The notes: generated by a model from the sequence alone, not told the origin. A stretch of DNA of 64,000 nt from Rebecca billardiae RCC1528 (GCA_965240325.2 OZ251246.1:1116001-1180000); one strand, 5' to 3'; shown: positions 24,134-36,409, numbered from the stretch's first letter. Translations and numbers: made by a program.

Positions 24134-25189
24134 ATGGCGACGCCACAGCGGCGGCAAGCAGCTCGGCCTCGGAGGGCGTGCCGCACGACGAGGGCGCCAC
24201 GCACAATAAAGCCACCGGGCGCGCGTGGCACCGTAGCAGGCGCCTCCCTGGCGCTGCTCGCCGCCTCTGTCGTGACCTGTCCGCTGCGCGCGGCAGCGGC
24301 GGCATCCCTCGCGGACGGCTGCTCACACGTGTACGTCGACGTGGGCACCAACCTGGGCGTGCAGCTGCGCAAGCTGTTCGAGCCGCAATATTATCCAGGC
24401 AACCTGATCGAGCCCGTGTACACGCGCTGGTTCGGCGCCCCCGACGAGCGCGCGCAGCTCGCTGCGGCCGGGCGGCTGTGCGCGTTTGGGTTTGAGCCCA
24501 ACCCAGCAAACACGCTGTGGTTGACGCGGCTCGAGAGCGCGTACCGCGCGCGTGGCTGGCGGCTCACGATCTTCACCGAGCTGGCCGCCGGCACGGCGAA
24601 CGGCACCGTCCAGATCTACTACACCAGCGACCCGTGGGCCGACCTCTCCGCGTCGGCGCGCGTGACCCCTCCGCTCGACGGCGTGGACGTGCGGGCGCGC
24701 AACGCTCGGTTCGCGCTCAAGGCGAAGGAGACGGCGGTGTTCGACCTGCCGGCGTTCCTGCTCGAGCAGGTCTGCGCGCGGCGCATGCCGCCGCCGCTCC
24801 CCGGCGCCCCGCCCCGGCTCGGCGGTGTGCTGATGAAGCTGGACGTGGAGGGCGAGGAGCAGCGGCTGCTGCCGGAGCTCAAGCGGAGGGGCGCGCTGTG
24901 CGGGGGCGCGTGCGCGCTGGACGAGGTGTACTACGAGCTGCACTTTCACATGAACTTTAGCCAGTCCGAGCGCCGCGCATACGACTCCGCGCTCCGCACT
25001 TTCAAGCACGTGCACCCGACGGCATGCAGCAAGACGTCCACCAAGCTCACGCTGCTGGACGACGAGACGTACCGCTTCGACAACGGGCGCAGCGGGCTCA
25101 AGGCGCTCAAGGCGCGCGAGAAGAGCGCGCCGCCCGGCAGCCGGCGGCGCCCGCCGCTACCCTCGCCGCTGCCCTCGCCACTGCCCTAG
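24134..25189 (+). CDS. FkbM-like SAM-dependent methyltransferase, copy 2 (tandem paralog)
   Basis: Same motifs; long stretches identical in DNA to 22813-23895. Confidence 0.8.
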   Translation: MATPQRRQAARPRRACRTTRAPRTIKPPGARGTVAGASLALLAASVVTCPLRAAAAASLADGCSHVYVDVGTNLGVQLRKLFEPQYYPGNLIEPVYTRWFGAPDERAQLAAAGRLCAFGFEPNPANTLWLTRLESAYRARGWRLTIFTELAAGTANGTVQIYYTSDPWADLSASARVTPPLDGVDVRARNARFALKAKETAVFDLPAFLLEQVCARRMPPPLPGAPPRLGGVLMKLDVEGEEQRLLPELKRRGALCGGACALDEVYYELHFHMNFSQSERRAYDSALRTFKHVHPTACSKTSTKLTLLDDETYRFDNGRSGLKALKAREKSAPPGSRRRPPLPSPLPSPLP

Positions 25190-25620
25190 CATCAGGGCCG
25201 AGGCGCACTGACTCGACGACGACTCTGGGACTGGCGGATCAGGATGAGTATGACTGGAGAGTCCGGTCCGGTAACAGTCGAGGTCGTCACCGTGACCAGT
25301 GTCAGACCGACGACATCACTGCTGATAGCAGTGACACCGGACTGCCGCTGCGCGACGACTTTCATATATGCAGCGTCTTGTAATATTATTATTATTATTA
25401 TTATATATATGATACATATTAATAATATAATCGATACATTTAATATATATATATTAATGATGATTATTAATGCTCTGCCGCTCAGGCGCTCCGGGCGCGA
25501 GTGCTGCCCGCGCGGGTACTCGACCTCGTTACGGACGCCGAACGCCTCCTGGACGGGCGCGTCGTCCCGGATCGGACCCGGTATAGCTGTGTGCTGCTGC
25601 CAATTCTATCTATCTATCTA

Positions 25621-26993
25621 GCGTCTTAACCCCTATTGTGGAACGGACCCCTATTGTGGAACGGCGCCAGTTTTTCCTATGTAGAGCTCGGATGTCGCGG
25701 AGGCGATGAGATCGGCGGCTACCGCCGTGTGCGCCTGGCCAAGGCGCGTCCAACGAGCCCAAGAACGTCGCCATAGCCCCACCCCAGCGCCGTCCGCTGC
25801 CGATCGTTTGCTGGAGTCAGAGCTGAGACTCTGGTGTGAAAAAATGGTTTTCGGCTCCTGTAGGCCGAAGCTTCGGCCGGGAGGGCGCGCACGGTATTTT
25901 TGGGAGCTCCCCGAAAGCAGCCCGGGCAGGGAATCAAGCCGGCTTGCCGCTGCCGCACTCGTGGATGGAGCGCAAGTGACACGAATTGGGTCAGGTCAGC
26001 ATGGCTGATTCCTGGGTTGGAGGGTCGAGGACGCCCCGCCGCGGCGGGGGGCGGTGCGGCGGCGCGAGCTGACTGGTGGCGATGATGAACGCGTAGCCGA
26101 AGGTGCCGGACCGTCAGGCGACGCCCAACCCCGCAAAGCAGCTGCATCGCCTGCCGACCGCGCGAGAGCCGCGCCGCGCGAAGCGGCTGGGCGCGAGTGG
26201 ACTACGACCCGCCGGATGCAGCCATCAGGGACTGTGTGTAGAGCGGGGAGCTGGCGTGAGGGCACAGCTGTCGCCGACTTCGGCTCATATGCCGTGACAA
26301 CGGGCCACGCTCTGTCGGATGGTGAAGGACCCGACCAGCCCGTCGAGGCCGCTGGGGCTGAAGCCGCGGCTGAGCGGCTGTGACGGTCGAGCAGATGCAC
26401 ACCAACTGGGTCGCGGAGATAGCGCTACTCGGCTTCGCGCCGACCACGCGGCAGGTCTGCATCGATGCGGCGCTTCTCTTCCTGCGTAGCGGCGCGCCCT
26501 TCTCGACGCTCTCCAGCATGCCCTGGAAGCGGTGGTGTCGGCGGCGGCTCAGGCGCCACGCGAAGGCGAGCGAGCGTCGATGACGGACACGCTCGTCGAC
26601 CGCATCACTCATCGTGGAGAGGGTTCGCGCGGGCAAGACGTGCCCCCCGGCGGCTGCGGGGTCGAGGGCGGGTGCCCACACCACCAGCACGCCGGCGAGC
26701 GCCAGTGGGCCGACTGCGAACGCTCAGGAGCCAGCAGTGGCACCGTCCTGAGCGAGGAACCAAAATCGTTCCACAATAGGGGTCAGTCGACCCGTCGACG
26801 CACCTCGCGGGCGCGCGCGCGCGCGCGCGCGCGCGCGCGGGCTAGTTCCGAGCTCCGCACCCTCAGCGGTGTATGGTCCCTTCGGTAGGACCCATGGCCA
26901 GTACCTGACACCTTAAGATCGCTCGCCGAGCCGCACTACCTCGCCCTAGGGGCGGAAAACCCGAAAATCGTTCCACAATAGGGGTTAAGACGT
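25621..26993 (+). mobile_element. Non-autonomous pogo/Fot1-like (Tc1/mariner) DNA transposon
   Basis: TIR CGTCTTAACCCCTATTGTGGAACG at 25622 and its reverse complement ending at 26992, TA on both flanks, extra subterminal copies at ~25647 and ~26766. Internal frameshifted psq/CENP-B-type HTH remnant. Confidence 0.88.
26190..26583 (+). pseudogene. Degenerate pogo transposase N-terminus (HTH_psq + CENP-B HTH); DDE domain absent
   Basis: Across frameshifts: REWTT..M, AAIRDCV, ATLCRMVKDP..RPLGLKPRLS, VEQMHTNWVAEIALLGFAPTTRQVCIDAA..PWKRWCRRRLRRH. Confidence 0.6.
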
Positions 26994-27000
26994 TATATCG

Positions 27001-27028
27001 TCTATCTATCTACCGATCTATCTATCTG

Positions 27029-27070
<42 letters not shown>
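27001..27070. repeat. (TCTA)n microsatellite, continuing 25605-25620 on the other side of the pogo element
   Basis: TCTA arrays flank both ends of the element. Confidence 0.9.
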
Positions 27071-27101
27071 CAATATAGGCCCAGCGACTCTATTTTACTA
27101 T

Positions 27102-27197
27102 GTAATTACCCGTCAATTACCCAAGTTTTAGCACGGTCCAGGGGCGATCCGGATACCTCTCTACACACGCAAAATACCACCCGGGCCGGGTAATTAC
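27102..27197. mobile_element. Tiny MITE-like element
   Basis: Inverted repeat GTAATTACCCG (27102) / CGGGTAATTAC (27187-27197), plus an internal AATTACCC copy. Confidence 0.45.
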
Positions 27198-27493
27198 TGA
27201 TGCTTATAATAGAAAACATCAGAGTCTGATGAATAATATATCGCAGGTCGATCACCAGAGGCCGCCGGCGATCCCGTCGATTTGCGTCTCAAGATGCAAC
27301 GCTACAGTGACCGGACTTAGGGGGGTGGGTCCACCGGAGCTGGAGCCATGAGTAACTATGGTAGTGACTCCGCCTACGTCGTCCGCGCAGATCCGAAGTC
27401 TTCCGTGACTTCGTCGCGCGGCTGCTCAGCCGCCACGACGATGATGATGTCGTGGCCCTTGTACGCGCGTTGTGATTGCTGGGACAGCCGCCC

Positions 27494-28369
27494 TCAGGCA
27501 ATGCCATACGCGGCGAAGAATGCGTCGTCGTTGGCTCGGTGCATGCTCAGGCTGAGATTTCCGCCACCGCTCGCCGAGCCCCACATCGCGGCCGCGTTGG
27601 GTGGCGCAGCGCCGAGCAGATGGGGCGGCGGCTGCGTTCCGTTCTGGAACTGAGCGAGGATGGCATCCTTCTTCGCGCCGTACGCGTCCGAGCTGGGGGC
27701 GCTTGCGGGCGTCGTCGGCTTGGAGGGGGCGCTGAACGGGAGGACAGGAACAGCCACCGCACTCAGCGGCGCGCTCAGCAGATCCTGCGCCTGGGCGGGC
27801 GCGGCGGCCGTCGGCAGCCGTATGGGCGCGCGGGTTGGTGGGGGGCGAGCCTCTGCGCGCGGGGCTGCGCAGGGCGTGCCGACGGCGGCGGAGGTCCCAT
27901 CGGCGCCCGAGCCTGACCTCGGCGCAGCCACCCAGGAGCGGTCGGCGTACTTGCCGCGCACGTACGCCAGCTTGGACTCCGGCGAGGCGTCGGCGTTGGG
28001 CTTGGTCGGCGCATGCGGGGCGCCGCAGAGCGCGGCCGAAGCGGGCGCATTGCCAGCCACGCGCATGACGGCGAGCTCCGGCTCGAACCACAGGTAGGTG
28101 CCAGTGTTGAAGGCCTTGACCTGCGAGATGTGCCGGCCGATGTGCCTGTGCAGCTGCGCGCAGTCGATGCACACAAACACGCCGTGCGGCAGCACAGCCC
28201 AGCCCGGGCGCTGCGCGGTGCAGTCCGCGCACGTCGCGTTGTCGGCACGGCGTGCGAGATTCTTGAGCTCGGCGTGGCTGGCCTGGTCGGCGGCGCGCGC
28301 CGCCGCCTTGTCCTCCTCGCTCTTGCCTCGCGAGAGCCACGAGAGGTAGTCGCGCTGCGCTGTCTCCAT
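27494..28369 (-). CDS. ArfGAP domain protein (SMAP/AGD5-like)
   Basis: NATCADC..PGWA....GVFVCIDCAQLHRHIG.HISQVK, W..E....M...GN, YVRGKY; C-terminal KDAILAQF. Confidence 0.92.
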   Translation of the reverse strand: METAQRDYLSWLSRGKSEEDKAAARAADQASHAELKNLARRADNATCADCTAQRPGWAVLPHGVFVCIDCAQLHRHIGRHISQVKAFNTGTYLWFEPELAVMRVAGNAPASAALCGAPHAPTKPNADASPESKLAYVRGKYADRSWVAAPRSGSGADGTSAAVGTPCAAPRAEARPPPTRAPIRLPTAAAPAQAQDLLSAPLSAVAVPVLPFSAPSKPTTPASAPSSDAYGAKKDAILAQFQNGTQPPPHLLGAAPPNAAAMWGSASGGGNLSLSMHRANDDAFFAAYGIA

Positions 28370-28864
28370 CGGGCCGAGGTCGGACGGGCCGGTCGTGGTT
28401 TGGTGGGACGCGTCAGCAGATTCACGTCACGCGCGTCACTGCCCTGATGGCCGGAACGGCGTCCGGCCGCGGGCGCGCAGCACTCCTGGAGTTCTCCGGC
28501 GGCTCGACGGCTCCGGACCCAGGGGAAAGGGGGATTCACATGAAATGATGATGACGAATGCGTCTAAGCTGCTGAGCCCCAACCCCAAAGGTGGTGTGGC
28601 TCGAGCGTGGGCCTCAGGGCGCCTGCGACTATGCGTGCCGCATCGATGTCAATCTGCGCGCATGCACGTGCCTCATGCCCGTCCGCCGAGGCCGATATGC
28701 GTCGAATCGGCCCGTCCGACTCCGAGCCCCCGTGCGAGCTGCGGCCAGCCCTCGGCCCCTCGGTGCCGCCGCCGGCCATCCCGCCTGAGTCTGACGCGGG
28801 GCCCCGTCGTGACCGGCCCGCCGACGGGCGTGCCTTGCCAACGTGGCTGCCAGCCAGCCCGGCA

Positions 28865-31800
28865 TCACGCGAGGTCCGCCTTGGGCGTCTCTGGCCCCAG
28901 GTAGATGCGCTCCTCCACGCAGCGCGTCCACGCGTTGTACTTGAGCTTGATCACGGTGTGCAGCGGGATGTTGATGCGCGGCGCGTCCATGCGGTCGTAG
29001 CTGAGCGCGGGCAGAGGCACGGGGCCGAGGGCGGGCGAGCGCGCGGTTGGGCGCGCGCTCACCGCCCGCCCGCCCCGCCGCCGCGCTGCGCACGCACCCC
29101 ATCAGGTAGGCGTACAGCAGCCGCAGCACCGCCTGGTGCGACACAATCAGCGTGGGCTCGCGGTAGGATTCGAGCTCGTGCACCAGAGGGTCGAGCCGTG
29201 AGATGATGTCGAAGTACGACTCGCCGCCTGGAGGGCGCGCCGCGCGCGCGGGGTGCGGCGCCAGCCGCCCAGCCGCGCGCGGCGTGAGTGCGCCGCGCGC
29301 AACCGCGCGCCGCGCTCAGCCGCGCGCCGCGCTCAGCCGCGCGCCGCGTGTGCGCTGCCTGCCGCTCCGCTCGCACGCTCGCGCGCGCGCTCGCACGCGC
29401 GCCCGCACGCGCGCACGCACGTGGGTAGCGGTAGCCGATCTTGTCCACCTTGCGCAGGAAGGCCTCGTCCTGGTGGTGCTGCGAGACCTCTGCGTACGTG
29501 AGGCCCTCGTACTCCCCCGCGAAGATCTCGTCGAGGTTGCGGTACACGCGGTGCGACATCTGCGTCCACTTCTGCTCGCGCACCGCCGCACGCGCGCCCG
29601 CACGCGCGCGGGAGCGGGGCGCGCGCGCGTGATCGATCGGCCGGTGTGCCGAGGGCCGGGGGTGAGGGCGAGGGCCTCGCGCGGGGTGAGGGCCAAGTGG
29701 GGTCTGTGGGGTGGGGGCGCCGCCCGGCGCATGGCCCGCGCGGCCGCGGCGCGCGCGCGGCCGCGCGCTCGAGCCGCAGCGGCCGCGCGCGGGCCATGCG
29801 CGCGAGCACGGCGCCCGTGCGCACGGCGCGCGGCCGCGCGCGCGCACGCCGCTTGCGCGCTCACCGCGCCGTCAATGATGAGCGTCGGGTGCTTGATGAA
29901 GGAGGCGGTCTCGTTGGTGCGGCGCAGCGAGGAGGTCCAGAGCCGCGCCTTGTTGATGCGCTCGCCGTCCTCGCGGCAGATGGTGGACTCGGCGAACTTG
30001 GCGAGGCGCTTGGCGTACTCGAGGCCGTACTCCGTCACCTGACACACGCGCACCACACACGCACCACACGCGCACCACACGCGCACCACACACGCACCAC
30101 ACACGCACCACACACGCACCACACGCGCACCACACACGCACCACACACGCACCACACACGCACCACACGCGCACCACACGCGCACCACACACGCACCACA
30201 CACGCACCACACGCGCACCACACGCGCACCACACACGCACCACACACGCACCACACACGCACCACACGCGCACCACACACGCACCACACACGCACCACAC
30301 ACGCACCACACGCGCACCACACACGCACCACACACGCACCACACACGCACCACACGCGCACCACACGCGCACCACACACGCACCACACACGCACCACACG
30401 CGCACCACACGCGCACCACACACACGCACCGGGATGCAGCGCAACACAGGCAACGGGACAGGGCGCAAAGCGCACAGGCGCGACACAGGCGCTCAGCAGC
30501 GCGCCCTCGGCAGCGAGCGCGCGCGGCGCGAGCACGCGAGCGCGCGCGCACCCCCGAGTTGCCGCCGATCTTGCCCAGCCGGTTGTACTCGCTCTGGCCG
30601 TGCCGCGTGATGTAGATCGTGTGCGTCTCCGTGTGGATGGTCGAGAGGAACTGCGCGATGCGCATGCGGAGGAAGCCGTGCATGCGGTTGGTCACCACCT
30701 TCTGCCCGTAGTTGATGAAGATCACGTACGACATGTCGTCCTCCGAGCCGTCGTCCTGCAGGGTGACGTACTTCTTGCGGAACTCGACGATGCGCGCCTC
30801 CTCCCTCCTGAACACCTCCTCCGAAGTCTCCCCGTAGCCCTGCGCCAGCGCGCCCCCACAGCGGCAGCGGCAGCGGCGGCGGGAGGGAGCGAGCGGGTGA
30901 GCGGCAGCGCGCGGCCGCGAGCTCGCACGGCAGCCGCGCGTGCGCGCGCGCGCGCACGCCCGCGGCCGCGTCGGGCGGCGCGTGCCAGGCTGCGCGCGCC
31001 CTCCGCGCGCCCTCCGCGCGCCCTCCCCGCACGCCCCGCACGCCCCGTGCGCGCGCGCGCGTGCGCGCGCCTTCGCCTCCCGCTTGAGCGCGATGTTGGA
31101 GCGCATCAGCGCCTGGTCCGGCACCTTCACCTCGATGAAGATCAGCTTGATCGACGGCGACATCTCGCACACGTTCTCGGCGATCCAGCGGCGGCGCTCC
31201 TTGGAGGAGCCCGACCACTTCTCCTCAAACGCCTGACGCAGCACGCAGCACGCAGCACGCAGCACGCAGCACGCGGGCGCCACCCCGCGGGCACGCGCGC
31301 GGCGGCGAGGCGGCGCCGCGCGGCGTGGGCCGGCGTGCGCACGCACCGGCGCGCGCGCACGCACAGCGCGCACAGCAGCGCGCGCGCACCCTCTCTGCGT
31401 GCCCGGAGACGCAGAGGGTGCGCAGAGGGTGCGCGCAGCGCGGCGCCGCGCAGCGCAGCGCGCACCCTCTGCGTGTCGGAGCCAAAGACGATCGCGCACC
31501 GCCCGCTGTCCACCACCTTCTGCCCCTTGTACGTGGTGCGCGAGTCGTCCCCCTCGGCCTCCTCGCCGCGCTCCCTCGCCTCCGACTCCTCCGCCAGCCC
31601 GCCCAGCGGCTGCCCCCGCTGCCCGCCCATCTGCCCGCCCAGCGCGTCGCCCAGCGCCTCGGTCGAGCGCGATGGCTCACTCTTGAGGATCCACGAGCCG
31701 ACGGCGCGCGAGACCTCGTCGGCGTTGGCGTCGATCGAGCCCTGGTGCTCGAAGGCGCAGATGTCGAAGAGCGCGCAGTCCGCCCCGTGGAAGAAGCGCA

Positions 31801-32206
31801 GGTACTGCCGCATCCGCTTCGCGAGGAAGGGCTTGCCCACCTCGGGCAGGCCGATCAGCACGACCACGTGCATGTCGCCGTGGTTGCCGCCGAGCGCGGC
31901 GATGGGCGGCGGCACCTCGGTGGGGAGCGGGTTGTGCGCCGACTCCTTGAGCAGGTGCTCCACGCTCTTCGTGTACTCGGTGATCGGCGCCGTGCCCACC
32001 GGCGACTGCGCGATCAGCGCGCCGCCATCGTCCGAGCGGCGGCGCGTGTCGATCCCGCGGCCCACCATCACCTCGGGCGCCCACGTGCCGGACGCCGTGG
32101 GCGTGACACCCACCGGCGTGAAGATGCCCGAGCCCTGCCGGCTCACCTCCGCCGGCGCGGTCGGCGCGCCGGGCGGGCCGGGCAGCGGTGCGGGCTCGTC
32201 GGCCAT
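28865..32206 (-). CDS. 6-phosphofructo-2-kinase/fructose-2,6-bisphosphatase family protein
   Basis: Seven exons: 32206-31466, 31232-31071, 30839-30552, 30038-29865, 29571-29421, 29227-29098, 29000-28865 (593 aa). IYITRHGQSEYN, WTSSLRRT, LDEIFAG, YRYPRGESY, VSHQAVLR, IPLHTVIKL. Confidence 0.93.
30043..30429. repeat. Intronic 11-bp minisatellite (CACCACACRCG)n
   Basis: Head-to-tail 11-mer array inside PFKFB intron 3. Confidence 0.95.
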
Positions 32207-32301
32207 CGAGACGCGCGCGGAGGCCTTAGGCAGCAGGGCGGCGCGGCCCTTCGATAATGGCAGGACGCAGCGCTGCGGCTTGCCGATATCTCGCGTCCAG
32301 A

Positions 32302-33407
32302 CAAGGGAGGTCCGGGCCGGGAGCTCCCAGCGAGCGGCCAGCGCGACATCACCTCAAGGTTTTTCCTGAGCGCCGGGCGGCAGCGGCGGCGAGGGCGGTG
32401 CTCCGCTGGCGGGGCGCGCACGGGGCACGGCGCTGCGGGCGCGGATGTGTCCGCAGAGCCGGCGCGTGCGGACGGGCTGTTGCGGGAGAGCATCTGGCGC
32501 CCTCCTGCGCCGCGCGCATTGCGCCACGCCTCTTTCGCCTTGACTCAGGGCAGCGCGCACATGCGCGCTGCGTCAAGGCCAGCCTTGCCGCGCCGCAGCC
32601 GACCGCACGCGCGCCGTGCGCGGCGTGGTCGGGAAGGAACGGGCGCGGCTGCCGGGCGAGATGGCGACATCACGTGCGCACGCCATGTCGTCCCGCGGCG
32701 CCGCGAAAGGGCGCGATAACGGATCCGCACAGCTGTTGACGAGTGCTGATTTCTTGCCGTGCCTGAAGCCAGACCTGAGCTCGAAAAAGATGATGAAAGT
32801 GCATCAGCGCGAGGAAAGCGTCGCACCCAGCACTTCTACATGGCCACGTGGTGATGGACATTCATGTAAGAGTAGTCCGCGTGCCCGTCTGGCACTGTTC
32901 TGTGTCTCAATGATCGTCCCGACAAGGGTCGCGACCGCGAGGCCGTGCAGACCATTTGAGACAACTCGAAGAGGCGTGCAAACGGACCGGCGACACGCTC
33001 GTCAAGGCGTGGCGGGGCGGCATGGCGTGCGCACGTGATGTCGCCATCTCGCCCGGCAGCCACGCCCGTTCCTTCCCGACCACGCCGCGCACGGCGCGCG
33101 CGCGGTCGGCTGCGGCGCGGCAAGGCTGGCCTTGACGCGGCGCGCATGTGCGCGCTGCCCTGAGTCAAGGCGAAAGAGGCGTGGCGCAATGCGCGCGGCG
33201 CAGGAGGGCGCCAGATGCTCTCCCGCAACAGCCCGTCCGCACGCGCCGGCTCTGCGGGCACATCCGCGCCCGCAGCGCCGTGCCCCGTGCGCGCCCCGCC
33301 AGCGGAGCACCGCCCTCGCCGCCGCTGCCGCCCGGCGCTCAGGAAAAAACCTTGAGGTGATGTCGCGCTGGCCGCTCGCTGGGAGCTCCCGGCCCGGACC
33401 TCCCTTG
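32302..33407. mobile_element. Foldback element, P/Galileo-like, with ~386-bp TIRs and 7-bp TSD
   Basis: Arms 32302-32687 and 33021-33407 are near-perfect reverse complements. Ends CAAGGG..CCCTTG; GTCCAGA duplicated at 32295-32301 and 33408-33414. Confidence 0.9.
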
Positions 33408-33808
33408 GTCCAGAACCGATGGCGCCAGCCAATGAGCGCGCGCGCCTTGGGCGTTGGCTAAGCCGATCCGGGCAGCGCACACGGAAGACGGAAGAGCTCG
33501 GGCGCAAGCCGCCCGGGCCGGGCACGCGAGCCTCGGCGACACACGGCAAGCGGGCGTCAGGACCTGGCCGGACAACAAGGCTCTTCGCGCCTTTTGTGGG
33601 GCGCAAAGCGGGAAGTCCTCGCGCCCTTCGCGCGCGCTGCGCTGGGCGCGCTACAAAAGTACTGACACGACCGGCGGGCCAAGTAGAAAAGCACTCAACG
33701 CTTTCCGCGTCCCAGCGGCCCCAGCAGCTTCCGCGAGCTGCCAATCGGTGGCCCACGCGCGCAGCAGCGGGCGCGCGTCCGCCACACCTCCGCCGCGCCG
33801 CGCTCGGG

Positions 33809-34498
33809 ATGGTGCCCCCGCGCGCGCCGTGCGCGCACGCGAACGACTCGCCCTCGCGCGCGCCCGACGGCGCCGCCGCCGACGGCTCGCAGCCCAGCGA
33901 CGCGGGCACCGAGCCGGCGGCGTCGCAGTCGCAGTCGCAGCCGTCTCCGCTCTCGCCCGACCGACCGGTCGCGCCGCCGCGCGCGCCCGGCGCGGGCGCG
34001 GAGGAGCAGTCGCGCAAGCGCTCGCGCGGCTCGCCGTCGGTGGTGAAGCGCGCCACCGTCGCGTGGGGCGGCGGCAAGAGCGGCCTCTCCCGCCAGATCT
34101 CCATCGACCGCCTGCCCGAGGAGGGCAAGCGTATCGACGGGCTGGGCGGCGGCTTTGGCCCGCCGCGCCGCGAGCCGAGCGTGGCGGACGGGCCGCACGA
34201 GCAGGTGCTGCGCGCGCTGCTGCGGCCGGACGACTGGACCCCGCCGCCGCCCAACTCGCGCTTCCAGTTCTCGCTGCGCACCGTCCGCTGGCTGTGCGAC
34301 GAGGCGCGCGCGATCCTCGCGCTCGAGCCGACGGTCGTGGACGTGCGCGCGCCCGCCAAGGTGTTCGGCGACATCCACGGGCAGTTCGGCGACCTGATGC
34401 GGCTGTTCCGCGAGTACGGCGCGCCGTGGCGCGACGACGGCCCGCCGCGCTCGCCCACGCCGCGCGCCGCCCACGCGCACGCCGCGCACGGCGCGGGC

Positions 34499-34529
<31 letters not shown>

Positions 34530-36295
34530 CGGGCGGGGCGCCGTCGCCCGCGACGCCGCAGCCGCAGCGCCGCGCGGCGGGCGACCTGGTGTACGCGGAC
34601 TACGTGTTCCTCGGGGACTACGTCGACCGCGGCTCGCACTCGCTGGAGACGCTGTGCCTCCTCCTCGCGCTCAAGGTGCGCCACCCCGCGCGCGTCGTTC
34701 TGCTGCGCGGCAACCACGAGCTGCCCGACGTCAACTCGAGGGACGGTGCGCGCACGCGCGGCACGCGCCGCGCCGTCGCGCGCGCACGGCCGGCGCCGCG
34801 CCGTGCCGTGCTGCGCGCCGCGCCCCGCGCCGCCGCGCGCGCGTGTCCGCGCGGCGTGTGCGCGCGCCGGGCGCGAGGCGCGGGGCGGGCGCGGCGCGCG
34901 GCGCGCGGCGTGCGCGCGCGGGCACGCGGCGCGGCGCGCGCCGCCGCGCGCCGCTCACGCCGCTCACGCGCGGCGCGCTCGGACCCGCCGGCGGCGCGCG
35001 GCGCGCGCGGCGCGTGCAGGCTTCCTGCTCGAGTGCGTGCAGCGCTTCGAGTCGCGCGAGGCGGGCGTGCAGGCGTGGAAGTGCTTCAACGAGCTCTTCT
35101 GCTACCTGCCCCTCGCCGCCGTCATCAACAACGTGATCCTGTGCCTGCACGGCGGGATCGGCGCGTCGCTCAACCAGTTGGAGCAGCTGCGCAGGCTGCA
35201 GCGCCCGCTGAGGATCGACGCGGACACGGAGCTCGCGCCGCTGCTGCTCGACGTGCTCTGGTCCGACCCGACCGAGCACGACTCCGTCGAGGGCGTCCAC
35301 CCCAACCACGGTGCGGGCAGCGCGCGCACGCGGCGCGCGACCGCGCCGGCCGCCGGGCGCGCGCATGCGCGCGCATGGCGCGCGCATGCGCGGAGGCGCG
35401 CGCGGTGGCGCGCCGCGCGATGTGCGGGGCGGGCGCGGGGGGCGAGCGGCGGAGGGCGGCGGGCTCGTCGTGCGGCGCCGCCGCGCGTGCGGCGCGCGCG
35501 CGCGCACTCACCTTTCGACGCCGCCCTCGCCCGCCCGCCCCCGCCCTCGCGCGCGCGCGCGCCCGCGCCGCCCGCTGCGCGCGCGCCGCGCCGCGCGCCC
35601 CGCCCGGCGCCGCGCCGCGCAGAGCGCGGCGACCCGGTGGTCCGGTACGGCCCGGACCGGGTGCGCTCGTTCCTGCGGCTCAACGGGCTCAAGCTGCTCA
35701 TCCGCGGGCACGAGTGCGTGATGGACGGATTCCAGCGCTTCGCCGGTGCGCTGCCGCGCCGCGCTTCGCTGCGCGCGGCCGCGCGGCGAGGGGTCAGCAA
35801 AGCGGGCAGCGGGCAGTGCGCTGCCCGCCCTGGGAGGGCGTGCCGACCCCCGCACTGCGCTGCACCGCGCCACGTGGCACGGCACGCGCGCGCGCCCCGC
35901 CTCACCGATCCTCACCGCGTCGCCCGTGTGTGCGTGTGCGTGTGCGTGTGTGTGCGCGCGCACGTGTGTGCGTGCGTGCGTGTGTGCGTGCTGTGGCGCA
36001 GGCGGGCTGCTGCTGACCGTCTTCTCCGCGACGGACTACTGCGGCGTGTGCGGCAACGCGGGCGCCCTCATCATCGTGGGCAAGGAGCTCGAGTGCGTGC
36101 CCAAGGTGAGGCGGAGGCGGAGGCTGGGGCCCAGGCGCAGGGGGCGCGCCCAGGGGTGCGCAGGGCGCGCCCGACCGCGCGCGGCGCAGCGCGGCGCAGC
36201 GCACGCGCCACCCCACGCCCAGCGCGCGCGGCGCGCGCGGCCACCGCCCTCACCGCTGCCTGTGCGTGCGTGGCTGCGCCCTTTGCCCCGTCCGC

Positions 36296-36332
<37 letters not shown>

Positions 36333-36364
36333 TGCGTGTGTGTGTGTGTGTGCGTGTGTGTGTG

Positions 36365-36409
<45 letters not shown>

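Noticed and set aside
30043-30429. Possible CRISPR or repeat-protein array
   Set aside because: Head-to-tail 11-mer with no unique spacers, inside an intron, and no cas genes.
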